From positions 1 to 45,477 of the forward strand of contig JBHIEA010000001.1 of NCBI GenBank assembly GCA_046760365.1: a DNA stretch of 45,477 nt. The letters are read 5' to 3'. Shown here in pieces: positions 1 through 10,257 of this stretch (the stretch's first letter is position 1; every line of letters starts with the position of its first letter). This stretch comes from a bacterium (GTDB lineage Bacteria > Aerophobota > Aerophobia > Aerophobales > AE-B3A). The notes under the pieces are model-generated. The model had not been told where the DNA came from and made no database searches. It saw only the letters and a list, made by a program, of their open reading frames with translations. A program made the translations under genes and the position numbers.

Positions 1-59
1 GGTAGAGCACTGGACTGAAAATCCAGGTGTCGGCAGTTCGATTCTGCCCCTCGGCACCA
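1..59 (+). tRNA. tRNA-Phe (anticodon GAA), 5' part cut off by the window edge, CCA encoded
   Basis: Anticodon stem-loop CTGGA-CTGAAAA-TCCAG gives anticodon GAA. T-arm is GGCAG-TTCGATT-CTGCC. The 3' acceptor strand is followed by ACCA ending at 59. Confidence 0.85.
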
Positions 60-60
60 G

Positions 61-132
61 GCCGACGTAGCTCAATGGTAGAGCAGCTGATTCGTAATCA
101 GCAGGTTGTAGGTTCAAATCCTATCGTCGGCT
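61..132 (+). tRNA. tRNA-Thr (anticodon CGU)
   Basis: Complete cloverleaf. Acceptor GCCGACG/CGTCGGC, D-arm GCTC..GAGC, anticodon arm GCTGA-TTCGTAA-TCAGC (anticodon CGT), T-arm GTAGG-TTCAAAT-CCTAT, discriminator T. No encoded CCA. Confidence 0.9.
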
Positions 133-270
133 TCAGCAAAAACAGGCAAAAAATCTTTTGCTATTAAATCAGGTAGTCATAAATTTAGCCGAGGTGATAG
201 GCCTCGGCGTAAAAATCTTAAGGTAGAGTGTGTACGTGGTCTTAAGGCAATTTTTTAAGGGATTGTGGGT

Positions 271-2730
271 ATGAGTTTTGATTATCATCCTCGAGAAATT
301 GAGCAAAAATGGCAGAAAAGGTGGGAGAAGGAAGGTACCTTCGTCTGCCAAAAAAAGGAGGATCAGAAAAAATATTACCTTCTAGAGATGCTTCCTTATA
401 CTTCCGGGGGCATCCATATGGGACACGTACGAAATTATACCATGGGAGACGTGGTAGCTAGATATAAGAGGATGCAAGGTCACAATGTTCTTCATCCCAT
501 TGGATTTGATGCTTTTGGCCTTCCTGCTGAAAATGCCGCCATTGAGAAAAATATTCATCCCCGAGAATGGACCTACCGCAATATCGAAACTTTAAGAAAG
601 CAGCTCAAGCGCCTAGGATTTTCTTATGACTGGAAGCGAGAGCTCATTACCTCTGATGAACAGTATTATCGCTGGAATCAATGGTTTTTTTTGAAATTGT
701 ATGAAAAAGGCTTAGTTTACCGAAAAAAAGCTTCTGCTAATTGGTGTTCCCATTGCCGGACCGTGCTTGCCAATGAACAGGTAGAAAATGGTAGATGTTA
801 TCGGTGTGAGACCCCGATCCTGGAAAAAGAATTAAATCAGTGGTTTTTCAGGATTACCCAATATGCCGAGGAGCTTCTGGCTGATCTCGAAGATCTGGAG
901 AACTGGCCTCTTACCGTAAAAAAAATGCAGACCAATTGGATAGGGAAAAGCGTGGGGCTCGAGATCAAATTTAGATTGGCCGAGGACTCCACCGAGATTC
1001 CTGTCTTTACTACTCGTCCCGATACTATTTTTGGGGCCACCTATCTGGTTCTTTCTCCAGAGCACCCACTGGTAGAGAAAATTACCAGAAGAAAGCCGGA
1101 AATAAAGCCGGTGGTGGAAAAGATGAGGCTTGAGGCACCAACCAGAGGAGAGATTAAAAAAGAAGGGATTCCCACCGGCTCTGAGGCTATAAATCCAGCA
1201 AATGAAGAGAGAATACCGATCTGGATAGCCAATTATGTACTTATCCAGTACGGAACCGGAGCCATTATGGCTGTCCCTGCCCATGATGAGCGAGACTTTG
1301 AATTTGCCAAAAAGTATAATCTTCCCCTCAGAGTAGTTGTTCGCCCTTCTGGTTCTAATCTTGATGAAAAAAATATAAAGGAAGCTTACCTGGAAGAAGG
1401 GAAAATGGTCAACTCAGAGCAGTTTAATGGCCTCTCGAGTCAGGCAGCGAGAAAGAAGATGAGCCTCTGGATGCAGAAGAAGGGAATAGCTACCCCCAAG
1501 GTTAACTATAAACTGCGAGATTGGTGCATTTCTCGCCAGAGATATTGGGGAACGCCGATCCCCATGATTCATTGCCCGGAATGTGGAGTGGTACCGGTTC
1601 CTGAGAAGGACCTTCCCGTGGTTCTGCCTTGGAATGTTAAAATCACCACCAGAGGAGTATCCCCTTTGAGTAAGGTTTCCTCCTTTGTCAGGTGTAAGTG
1701 CCCTCAGTGCAAGCAGGATGCCAGACGGGATACCGATACCATGGACACCTTTGTTGACTCTTCCTGGTATTTTTTAAGATATGCCAGTAAAAGACATGAT
1801 AAGATTTGTTTTGACTCTGATGAAGTTAATTATTGGATGCCCGTAGATCAGTATATCGGAGGAGTCGAACACGCTATCCTTCATCTGTTGTATTCTCGTT
1901 TCTTTACCAAGGTTTTGCGAGACTTACGACTTATCCAAGTGGGAGAGCCATTCAAAAGGTTGTTTACTCAAGGAATGGTAATAAAAGACGGAGCCAAGAT
2001 GTCTAAATCTAAAGGGAATGTAGTGGAGCCAGAAGAGATAATCAGAAGATATGGAGTCGATACTTTGCGAGGGTTTATCTTGTTTGCCGCTCCTCCTCAG
2101 CTTGATTTGGATTGGAAAGAGGAAGGATTAGAAGGAATAGAAAGATTCTTAAAAAGGGTGTGGAAGATCGCTAATGAATTATCTGGGGCAAGCTTTTCCG
2201 GTGATTTTAGAGAAATTTATCGTGGTCCGCAGGAACTCAACCAAAAAGAAAGAATTCTTCAGCACCAGGTACATAAGACGATAAAAAAAGTGAGTGAGGA
2301 TATTGAGCTCCGGTTTCACTTTAATACTGCTCTTGCCTCCCTTATGGAACTGGTTAATTTTCTTTACCAATATCCGGATAGAGACGCCCTAATTTATCAA
2401 GAGGCCCTTAGTATCCTGGTTCTTCTTCTCTCACCCTTTACTCCCCATATCTGTGAGGAGTTATGGCAGAAGATGGGCAATGAAAAAAGTCTGACCTTTC
2501 ACCCCTGGCCTTCTTACCGAGAAGATGCCCTCAAGAAAGAGGAAATCACCATCGTAATTCAGATTAATGGGAAGCTGCGAGACAAGATTCTAGTCTCGAG
2601 GGCTATGGTAAAAGAGGAAATTGAGAATGAGGTCTTGCGACGAGAAAAAGTAAGAAGATACCTTCAAGGTAAAGGGATTAAGAAGCTAATTTGGGTTCCT
2701 CATAAATTGGTGAATATTGTGGCTAGATAG
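271..2730 (+). CDS. leuS: leucyl-tRNA synthetase
   Basis: The ~820-aa ORF has the class-I HMGH (HIGH) and KMSKS motifs and the typical N-terminus (EIEQKWQKRW). ATG 271 is preferred over GTG 265 because AAGGGA lies about 9 nt upstream. Confidence 0.95.
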   Translation: MSFDYHPREIEQKWQKRWEKEGTFVCQKKEDQKKYYLLEMLPYTSGGIHMGHVRNYTMGDVVARYKRMQGHNVLHPIGFDAFGLPAENAAIEKNIHPREWTYRNIETLRKQLKRLGFSYDWKRELITSDEQYYRWNQWFFLKLYEKGLVYRKKASANWCSHCRTVLANEQVENGRCYRCETPILEKELNQWFFRITQYAEELLADLEDLENWPLTVKKMQTNWIGKSVGLEIKFRLAEDSTEIPVFTTRPDTIFGATYLVLSPEHPLVEKITRRKPEIKPVVEKMRLEAPTRGEIKKEGIPTGSEAINPANEERIPIWIANYVLIQYGTGAIMAVPAHDERDFEFAKKYNLPLRVVVRPSGSNLDEKNIKEAYLEEGKMVNSEQFNGLSSQAARKKMSLWMQKKGIATPKVNYKLRDWCISRQRYWGTPIPMIHCPECGVVPVPEKDLPVVLPWNVKITTRGVSPLSKVSSFVRCKCPQCKQDARRDTDTMDTFVDSSWYFLRYASKRHDKICFDSDEVNYWMPVDQYIGGVEHAILHLLYSRFFTKVLRDLRLIQVGEPFKRLFTQGMVIKDGAKMSKSKGNVVEPEEIIRRYGVDTLRGFILFAAPPQLDLDWKEEGLEGIERFLKRVWKIANELSGASFSGDFREIYRGPQELNQKERILQHQVHKTIKKVSEDIELRFHFNTALASLMELVNFLYQYPDRDALIYQEALSILVLLLSPFTPHICEELWQKMGNEKSLTFHPWPSYREDALKKEEITIVIQINGKLRDKILVSRAMVKEEIENEVLRREKVRRYLQGKGIKKLIWVPHKLVNIVAR

Positions 2731-2751
2731 GACACAAAAGGGGAAGCTTAG

Positions 2752-3264
2752 ATGTGGAACCTCACCCGAGAAGAGCAAACGGTTCTCATTTTCATATTAG
2801 GAGCATTTTTGGTAGGAATGGGGATAAAACTCTTGGGAGGTATTCCTCGGACTCGAAGTTCTTCTTTACCTACTTCTAACAGTTTGGTCAAAGTAAAAAT
2901 AAGCGGAGCAGTGAGAGAGCCAGGTTGGTATAGTTTGTCTGAAGGAAGCCTGGTTATTGAGGCAGTGAAGAAAGCAGGGGGAGCCCTTCCTCAGGCAGAT
3001 TTAACGAGACTCAATTTAGGTTCTCGGTTAAAGGACGAGGATGAAATCTGGATTCCGGGAGAGAAGATCGACATTAACCGAGCCTCTCCTCGTGAACTTA
3101 CCTATCTTCCCGGCATTGGCCCGGTCCTGGCGCAAAGAATTGTGGCCCATCGGGAAGAAAAGGGACCATTTCAGGACTTATCTGAGCTTCTAAGAGTCCC
3201 GGGAATTGGTAAACTAAAGCTAGAGAAAATTAAGGAGAAAATCTTTCTGGAAAAGAAGGACTAA
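2752..3264 (+). CDS. comEA: ComEA-family competence protein (N-terminal TM, SLBB-like domain, C-terminal helix-hairpin-helix DNA-binding repeats)
   Basis: C-terminus INRASPRELTYLPGIGPVLAQRIVAHREEKGPF...LLRVPGIGKLKLEKIK is a classic tandem HhH. A single N-terminal hydrophobic segment is present. Confidence 0.85.
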   Translation: MWNLTREEQTVLIFILGAFLVGMGIKLLGGIPRTRSSSLPTSNSLVKVKISGAVREPGWYSLSEGSLVIEAVKKAGGALPQADLTRLNLGSRLKDEDEIWIPGEKIDINRASPRELTYLPGIGPVLAQRIVAHREEKGPFQDLSELLRVPGIGKLKLEKIKEKIFLEKKD

Positions 3265-3265
3265 T

Positions 3266-3524
3266 CTGGAGAATAGCTTTCAATATCTTGTCGGTATCAG
3301 CTAGGTCAGCAAAGATATAGTCTGGATTGAAAACCACCAATTTTAAAGGATTCATTTAATCGCAGCTTCCTTAACTTATCCCTGCCAATGGGTTCTAAAT
3401 TTCCCGTAACGAGACCCACCATTACATTTTTCTGTTCCAGTATCTTTAAGAATTTTCTTACTCCGGCTCCGGGCAGCGCCTTAGCCTGGCTCCTGCCAAC
3501 CATTTTTTTGAATGATCTGACCAT
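3266..3524 (-). pseudogene. HAD-superfamily hydrolase remnant (N-terminally truncated, internally deleted and frameshifted)
   Basis: The 72-aa ORF contains ALPGAGVRKFLKILEQKNVMVGLVTGNLEPIGRDKL...IGGFQS, which resembles the HAD cap/motif II region and GGFGSD. After a frameshift the next frame reads DYIFADLADTDKILKAIL, a typical C-terminal end of these HAD proteins. There is no DxDGT motif I and roughly 60 aa are missing between the two pieces. Confidence 0.4.
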
Positions 3525-3647
3525 TACTCCTTTTCAGGCATTTAATTTTCTTTCATTTTTCTTAACTTTGCCCCCCACTCTTCTTTGATAAAAAACTCTT
3601 TGCCTAATATAACAGATGAGAACTAAAAGGCAAGAAAGTCCGGAGAC

Positions 3648-3678
3648 TTGACATATTACAAATAATAACTCATATAAT
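3648..3678 (+). promoter_or_regulatory. sigma-70-like promoter for the GH1 leader (TTGACA ... TATAAT)
   Basis: Perfect TTGACA at 3648-3653 and perfect TATAAT at 3673-3678. The spacer is 19 nt, which is long; the alternative -10 CATATA gives 17 nt. Confidence 0.4.
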
Positions 3679-3756
3679 AAAACCGATTCGATGACTACCG
3701 AATTTACAGTTAGGTGACTCGAAAGGGCCTCGGCCACTGTGGTCGGCAGGTACCCC

Positions 3757-3793
3757 GGAGGAAGGAGACTTTGTACCTTCCTCTTTCATTTTT
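3757..3793 (+). terminator. intrinsic terminator inside the 5' leader of the GH1 gene (attenuator)
   Basis: GGAGGAAGG (3757-3765) pairs with CCTTCCTC (3776-3783) across a 10-nt loop, followed by TTTCATTTTTC. It ends about 30 nt before the start codon at 3825. Confidence 0.65.
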
Positions 3794-3809
3794 CATTCAA
3801 TTCGCTTAA

Positions 3810-5177
<1,368 letters not shown>

Positions 5178-5420
5178 ATCCTCTGGACCTTGACCTTTGG
5201 AAATTAATCTTCTCTTAATCACCTAGCTGACAAAAGAAAGCCTATGTGAACTCTGGTTCCCTAATCTTTGATGAAACTAGGAACTCAAAAGATGATAAAG
5301 GCCAGTATCCGTGGTACAGAGGAATGTTCCTCATACGTCCTTTCCTTATATAGCACTTCTCGTTGGTGCTATTTTTCTGAGTGGTAGCCCCATTAGAGAA
5401 ATTTCTCGGCAAAAAGGGGG

Positions 5421-5449
5421 TTGACAAAAAATAAAATTGTATTATAAAT
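5421..5449 (+). promoter_or_regulatory. sigma-70-like promoter upstream of the LacI-family gene
   Basis: TTGACA at 5421-5426, a 16-17 nt spacer, then TATAAA/ATAAAT at 5443-5449. Confidence 0.4.
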
Positions 5450-5460
5450 ACCTAGGAAAA

Positions 5461-5474
5461 TGAAAACGTTTCTT
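5461..5474 (+). promoter_or_regulatory. LacI/CcpA-type operator (TGAAAACGTTTCTT) just downstream of the promoter
   Basis: Matches 12 of 14 positions of the generic TGNAANCGNTTNCA palindrome and has an AAACGTTT core. It lies 12 nt after the putative -10. Confidence 0.5.
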
Positions 5475-5604
5475 TTCTCATCCAGCGGAGAAAGTTGCTG
5501 AAAATGAGGCAGATTTCCTCTAAACCGGCCCTAATAAAGCAAAATATCAAGCAAAAATAGGAAACGTTATTACCAAATACATTTCTTGAAGAGGAGGAGC
5601 CAGA

Positions 5605-6615
5605 GTGACAGTGACGATTCGAGATGTGGCTAAGCGAGCGGGGGTATCGATATCCACAGCTTCAAGAGCTCTGAATAATAGCGGACCGGTTAAGAATGAG
5701 ACCAAGGTGAGAGTATTAAAAGCAGCAAAGGAAATTAACTACAGCCCTAATGCTATAGCCCGGGGTCTGGTTACCAGAAGAACAGGAAACATAGGTTTTA
5801 TACTTCCTAGCAGCGTTAAGGGTAGTACGTCTAATCCTTTCTATTCCAGGGTTTTCGAGGGAATCGAGGCTGAAACAAGAGAAAGAAATTACCATCTCAT
5901 ATTTTCTGTTTTTGATGAGAAGGAAAAGGATTTGCCCAGAATGGTTGAGCAGAAAAATATAGATGCGGTTATTCTTGCCAGTAAGATCGATGAAGAATTT
6001 ATCCTAAAACTTGAACAGGGAGACATACCATTGGTATTGGTAGATCATGCCATAAGCGGAAAAAATGTAGATTCTGTAGTAATTGACAATTTTAACGGTG
6101 CCTGCAAGGCGGTCAATCATCTTATGAAATTAGGTCATCGAAGAATTGGTTATATAAGAGGGCCGCAAGATAGACCGAGCTTCATACAAAGGTTTGAGGG
6201 ATATAAGGAGACACTAAGGAGGGCAGGATTAGAATACGATGAAAGGATAATTTGGGAGTCAGATTTGGATTTCGACGATGCTTATAAAGTCATGAAAAGA
6301 AAGATAAAAATTCACTCTTTTCCAGGTGCTATTTTTGCTGCCACCGATATAATTGCTCTGGCTGCTGCAAAGGCTATCCGAGAGCAAGGATTAAGAATAC
6401 CCGAAGATGTGAGCTTAGTGGGATTTGATGACATCCTGCAGGCAAAGCAGGCTCGCCCAAGTCTGACTACTATAAGGGTATTCAAGCGAGAGTTGGGACG
6501 AACAGCGGTAAGAAAAGCCCTGGAGAGCATAAATAATATTGCTAAAAAACCTACTCAAACAGTGATTCTAACGGAATTAGTGGTTCGAGATTCCACGGGG
6601 CCACCTAAGCTCTGA
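5605..6615 (+). CDS. LacI-family transcriptional repressor
   Basis: N-terminal HTH TIRDVAKRAGVSISTASRALNN followed by a periplasmic-binding-protein-like sugar-binding core. GTG start with GAGGAGGAG upstream. Confidence 0.92.
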   Translation: MTVTIRDVAKRAGVSISTASRALNNSGPVKNETKVRVLKAAKEINYSPNAIARGLVTRRTGNIGFILPSSVKGSTSNPFYSRVFEGIEAETRERNYHLIFSVFDEKEKDLPRMVEQKNIDAVILASKIDEEFILKLEQGDIPLVLVDHAISGKNVDSVVIDNFNGACKAVNHLMKLGHRRIGYIRGPQDRPSFIQRFEGYKETLRRAGLEYDERIIWESDLDFDDAYKVMKRKIKIHSFPGAIFAATDIIALAAAKAIREQGLRIPEDVSLVGFDDILQAKQARPSLTTIRVFKRELGRTAVRKALESINNIAKKPTQTVILTELVVRDSTGPPKL

Positions 6616-6723
6616 ATCTTCAAGGAGGATTACCGGTTTAAAATGGGGGACGATGCTCTCTACTAGTGGAGTAAAGGTAGAGACCCTCGGTAATCCCGAA
6701 AGCAAAAATATTCTACAAGGAGG

Positions 6724-6737
6724 TGAAAACGTTTCCA
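6724..6737 (+). promoter_or_regulatory. LacI-type operator TGAAAACGTTTCCA upstream of the sugar ABC operon
   Basis: All constrained positions of TGNAANCGNTTNCA are satisfied. It lies 94 nt upstream of the binding-protein start codon. Confidence 0.6.
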
Positions 6738-6830
6738 AAAAATCGGGAAGTCGTGGAGGAGGATTTTGTTTTATGAGAAACAAGGTCAGAAGAAGAAAAG
6801 ATTTAAGAGTCAAAGGAGGAGATTAAGACA

Positions 6831-8084
6831 ATGTTCAAGAAGATTATGTTATTTATATTGGTAGGCGTTTTTCTCTGTGCAGGATTCGGCTGGGCTGGGG
6901 AGACCATAACCTTTTGGACCATGCCTAATGCTCCTGATGAGCCCTACCTAGATTGGTTGAAGCAGGCAGCGGCTGATTTCAAGGCCATGACTGACATTAC
7001 CGTTGAGTACGAGATAGTTGGGTGGGGTGATGCATGGCCCAAGATATCAATGGCGCTTATTGAACCAATATGTGATGTGTCTCAGGTTGGTACGACCTGG
7101 AATCCCCAGTTTGCTGCAACCGGCGGATTGGAGCGTCTTGATATTGGCCAATTTGGTGGGGCCGATAGCTTCATGACGGCAAACTTAGAGTCCACCACCT
7201 ACAAAGGTGATTTCTATGGTATTCCTTGGTTTGCCGAAACAAGGTGTTTGTTCTATAATAAAGATATGTTTGAGGCAGCAGGAGCAACCCCGCCAACGAC
7301 ATGGGATGAGGTAATGTCTGCTGGAGAGAAAATCGTTGGGAAGTTCGGTAAAGGCAGGGCATTTGCTATGGCTGGAACCAATGCCTGGGATCTTCTCCAC
7401 AACTGGGCTATACTTTTGTGGCAAGCCGGAGGAAGCCTCTTGAGTGCTGACAACAAGAAAGCAACTCTCAATAGCGAGGCTGGAGTCAAAGCGATGAAGT
7501 GGTATGTGGATCTGGTAAGGACAGGGCTAGCAGATCCAGCGTGTGCTGAATATAATCAACCACAGGCTGACTCTGCTTTCATAAATGGTAACGCTGCCAT
7601 GTGCTATATGGGACCATGGAATATTGCCAATATCGAGCACGAGAATCCTACCCTGAACTACGGCGTTGTTGAGCCTCCGCTAGGTCCGGTCGGGCAAGCT
7701 GCTTTCTCAGGTGGAAGTAATCTGGTCATTTTCGCCAACAGTGAACACAAGAAAGCTGCAAAAGCCTGGATAAGCTACCTGATAAGCAAACAAGTTCTCG
7801 TTGACTATACCAAGAACCTGACCCACATGTTGCCAGCAAAACTTGTGGCTTTTAAGGATCCCTACTATGAGACGGGTGTCTGGAAAGTCTTTAAGAAGAC
7901 TCTGTCCTATGCTACCGCTTACCCTCCATTGGGAGTTTGGGGAGATATTGAAAACGCAGTGGTGGGTGAGTTCAAGAATGTTCTAACTGCCTATATCAAT
8001 GGAGAGTATACGGAAGATACTGCTAAGGAATACCTGGATAGGGCCGCTGCGGCAATTGACAGGGCTTTGGCGAAAGAGAAATAG
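6831..8084 (+). CDS. ABC transporter extracellular sugar-binding protein (CUT1 / SBP family 1)
   Basis: 417 aa with an N-terminal signal-like hydrophobic segment and the typical family-1 layout (ITFW...DAW..., GIPWFAETRCLFYNKDMF). It is followed by two MalF/MalG-type permeases. Confidence 0.88.
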   Translation: MFKKIMLFILVGVFLCAGFGWAGETITFWTMPNAPDEPYLDWLKQAAADFKAMTDITVEYEIVGWGDAWPKISMALIEPICDVSQVGTTWNPQFAATGGLERLDIGQFGGADSFMTANLESTTYKGDFYGIPWFAETRCLFYNKDMFEAAGATPPTTWDEVMSAGEKIVGKFGKGRAFAMAGTNAWDLLHNWAILLWQAGGSLLSADNKKATLNSEAGVKAMKWYVDLVRTGLADPACAEYNQPQADSAFINGNAAMCYMGPWNIANIEHENPTLNYGVVEPPLGPVGQAAFSGGSNLVIFANSEHKKAAKAWISYLISKQVLVDYTKNLTHMLPAKLVAFKDPYYETGVWKVFKKTLSYATAYPPLGVWGDIENAVVGEFKNVLTAYINGEYTEDTAKEYLDRAAAAIDRALAKEK

Positions 8085-8129
8085 GCTTTACCTCCTATCA
8101 GTCTATCTCAGAGGAGGCAATTTTGGTTT

Positions 8130-8181
8130 GAAGAGAGGAAACGGCCAAATCCTGAAGAAAGGAAAGGCTGTTCCTCTCTTC
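8130..8181 (+). other. intercistronic stem-loop after the binding-protein gene
   Basis: GAAGAGAGGAAACGGCC ... GGCTGTTCCTCTCTTC form long imperfect arms. No convincing U-tract follows. Confidence 0.45.
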
Positions 8182-8338
8182 ACTTTGCTTGTTCGCTAAA
8201 AACCAAGCTAAGAGCAATGAAGGAAAGAAAAACAGGCGTTCCTTGTAATCACCATGCGCGCTTGAACGAATTATCCTGACGAATTGGTAAAGGGCCGCAG
8301 ACCTTAGCAGCTAGACTGGGCAGTTGGAGGAAAGGCAT

Positions 8339-9271
8339 TTGAAAAAGCCCCAAGATAATGGAAGTTTATTAGCGCAAGTAAAAAAAAACGCAGTCGCCTA
8401 CTACCTACTCATTCCTGCTCTAATTTGCATGACTCTGGTTCATATTCTTCCTATGCTATGGGGACTTACTATTAGTTTTACTGGTCTTGATATATATACC
8501 GTGGCTGACTGGACCAAGGCTCCATTTGTAGGGATCAGTAATTATCTAGAGGGCTTGGATGCGAATAGTCCCACCGGGGGCCGTTTCCTGCGTTCTTTGT
8601 GGAATATAACCTACTACGGAATTGTGGTTATCTCTTTAGGTTATTTTATCGGTCTGGGGGTAGCTCTGGTCTTAAACCAGAACTTTGTGGGAAGAACAAT
8701 TGTCAGAGGAATAGTACTTCTTCCTTATATTATTCCAGACGCAGTATCTTATAGTGTTTGGCGGTTTATGTTTCAGGCTAGAATAGGCATAGTGAACAAA
8801 TACTTACTAGCTTGGGGTTGGATTTCAGAGCCAAAGATCTGGTTAGTCGGGGATAGGGCTATTTACGCGGTGACGGTGGCCAGTATTTGGAAAGGATGGC
8901 CCTTTACCTGTTTAATACTCCTGGCGGGATTGCAGTCTGTTCCTTCTGAGTTGTATGATGCAGCTAAGATTGATGGGGCTTCACTCTGGCAGCGATTCAG
9001 GTTTATTACCTTCCCCCTTCTTATGCCGGTAACTACCGTTCTCGTGCTTCTCTCGGTTTTGTGGAATTTCAATGCCTTTAATCAATTTTACGTATTGTTG
9101 GGTAGAGATCCGGGTATTGCCGCAGATGTTCCCTCTACTCTTATTTTAAGGGAGGCTTTTGAGTCTTTCCATTACGGAATTGGCTCAGCCATGTCAGTGG
9201 TTTTGATGGGTATTATGCTCGTCTTTACCATATTCTACGTTAAGAAAATCCGGCCGGCAGAAGCGGGATAG
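8339..9271 (+). CDS. sugar ABC transporter permease (MalF-like)
   Basis: Multi-TM protein with the EAA loop YDAAKIDGASLWQRFRFITFPLL. TTG 8339 is preferred because GGAGGAAAGG lies immediately upstream; the ORF track opens at TTG 8324. Confidence 0.88.
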   Translation: MKKPQDNGSLLAQVKKNAVAYYLLIPALICMTLVHILPMLWGLTISFTGLDIYTVADWTKAPFVGISNYLEGLDANSPTGGRFLRSLWNITYYGIVVISLGYFIGLGVALVLNQNFVGRTIVRGIVLLPYIIPDAVSYSVWRFMFQARIGIVNKYLLAWGWISEPKIWLVGDRAIYAVTVASIWKGWPFTCLILLAGLQSVPSELYDAAKIDGASLWQRFRFITFPLLMPVTTVLVLLSVLWNFNAFNQFYVLLGRDPGIAADVPSTLILREAFESFHYGIGSAMSVVLMGIMLVFTIFYVKKIRPAEAG

Positions 9272-10146
9272 TGAATAGAAAGATTACCAGAAAGATGAAA
9301 AGAGTGCTTTTGTACCTTATGGTAGTCATTATTTTAATATCGGTGCTGATACCTTTTGTTTGGATGGTCTCTGGTTCTTTTAAGACCAGGCTGGAGATTC
9401 AGGCATCAGACATTAAAATAGCGGGCAAGGAACCTAGCTGGATACCCCGCAGGCCTACTCTGAATAATTATAAGATGGTAAACAAGGAGGTTAAGATACT
9501 GAATTACTTTAGAAATAGCATAATCATAAGTCCTGGAACCATGTTCTTTTGTGTTCTTATCGCCGTTCTCGCTGGCTACTCTGTCTCTCGTTTTGCTTTT
9601 CCCGGTAGAACTGTCTATACCGTTTCGATATTGTCCACTCAGATGTTTCCCGGAATCCTTTTCCTCATTCCTTACTTTGTGATGTTTGTCTGGATAAGAA
9701 AAAACATAGGCCTTCCCATGAGAAATACTTATTGGGGGATGATTTTTACCTATACCTCTTTTGCTCTTCCCTTTTCTATCTGGATTCTGAGAGGTTACTT
9801 TAATACCATTCCGAGAGAGATAGATGAACAGGCCCAGATTGATGGATGTACTCGGCTAGGAGCTCTTTTTAGGGTCATAATTCCCTTAGCCAAGCCGGGC
9901 ATCACCGCAGTGGGCATATACGGGTTTATTATGGCCTGGAATGAGATATTGTTTGCCACTGTACTTACAGGAAAGGACACGACGACGGTGGCTATCGGCC
10001 TTCTGAAATATATCACCGCGCAAGAGGCCCGCTGGGGTGGAATGATGGCTGCTTGTGTATTGGTGAGTCTTCCAGTACTGGCATTTTTTACAGTATTGCA
10101 GAGGCAATTTGTTCGTGGCTTAGTTACTGGGGCGACAAAGGGGTAA
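9271..10146 (+). CDS. sugar ABC transporter permease (MalG-like)
   Basis: Multi-TM protein with the EAA loop EQAQIDGCTRLGALFRVIIPLAKPG. The GTG start overlaps the upstream stop by 1 nt. Confidence 0.9.
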   Translation: MNRKITRKMKRVLLYLMVVIILISVLIPFVWMVSGSFKTRLEIQASDIKIAGKEPSWIPRRPTLNNYKMVNKEVKILNYFRNSIIISPGTMFFCVLIAVLAGYSVSRFAFPGRTVYTVSILSTQMFPGILFLIPYFVMFVWIRKNIGLPMRNTYWGMIFTYTSFALPFSIWILRGYFNTIPREIDEQAQIDGCTRLGALFRVIIPLAKPGITAVGIYGFIMAWNEILFATVLTGKDTTTVAIGLLKYITAQEARWGGMMAACVLVSLPVLAFFTVLQRQFVRGLVTGATKG

Positions 10147-10257
10147 TATTAATGGGGCGAATGTTCCCCCGGTCTGTTGGTCCGCCCATTTCTCCGCGTC
10201 TCAGTCCTAACTATTGGCAGGACTTAGAATCCGTGACAAAAACTCTAAGGTGAGGGC

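Noticed and set aside
133-270. Possible T-box or other leader upstream of leuS. There is a strong hairpin GCCGAGG/CCTCGGC at 188-208 and an AT-rich CTTAAG/CTTAAG hairpin plus TTTTTT at 217-256.
   Set aside because: At about 130 nt the spacer is far too short for a T-box, and I see no specifier loop or conserved T-box sequence. The hairpins may simply terminate the tRNA transcript. It is not convincing enough to report as a regulator.
3700-3740. BglG/LicT-type RAT antiterminator site in the GH1 leader.
   Set aside because: Resemblance to the RAT consensus is limited to GTGACT..GAAAG. It does not overlap the terminator 5' arm as functional RATs do, and no antiterminator or PTS genes are nearby.
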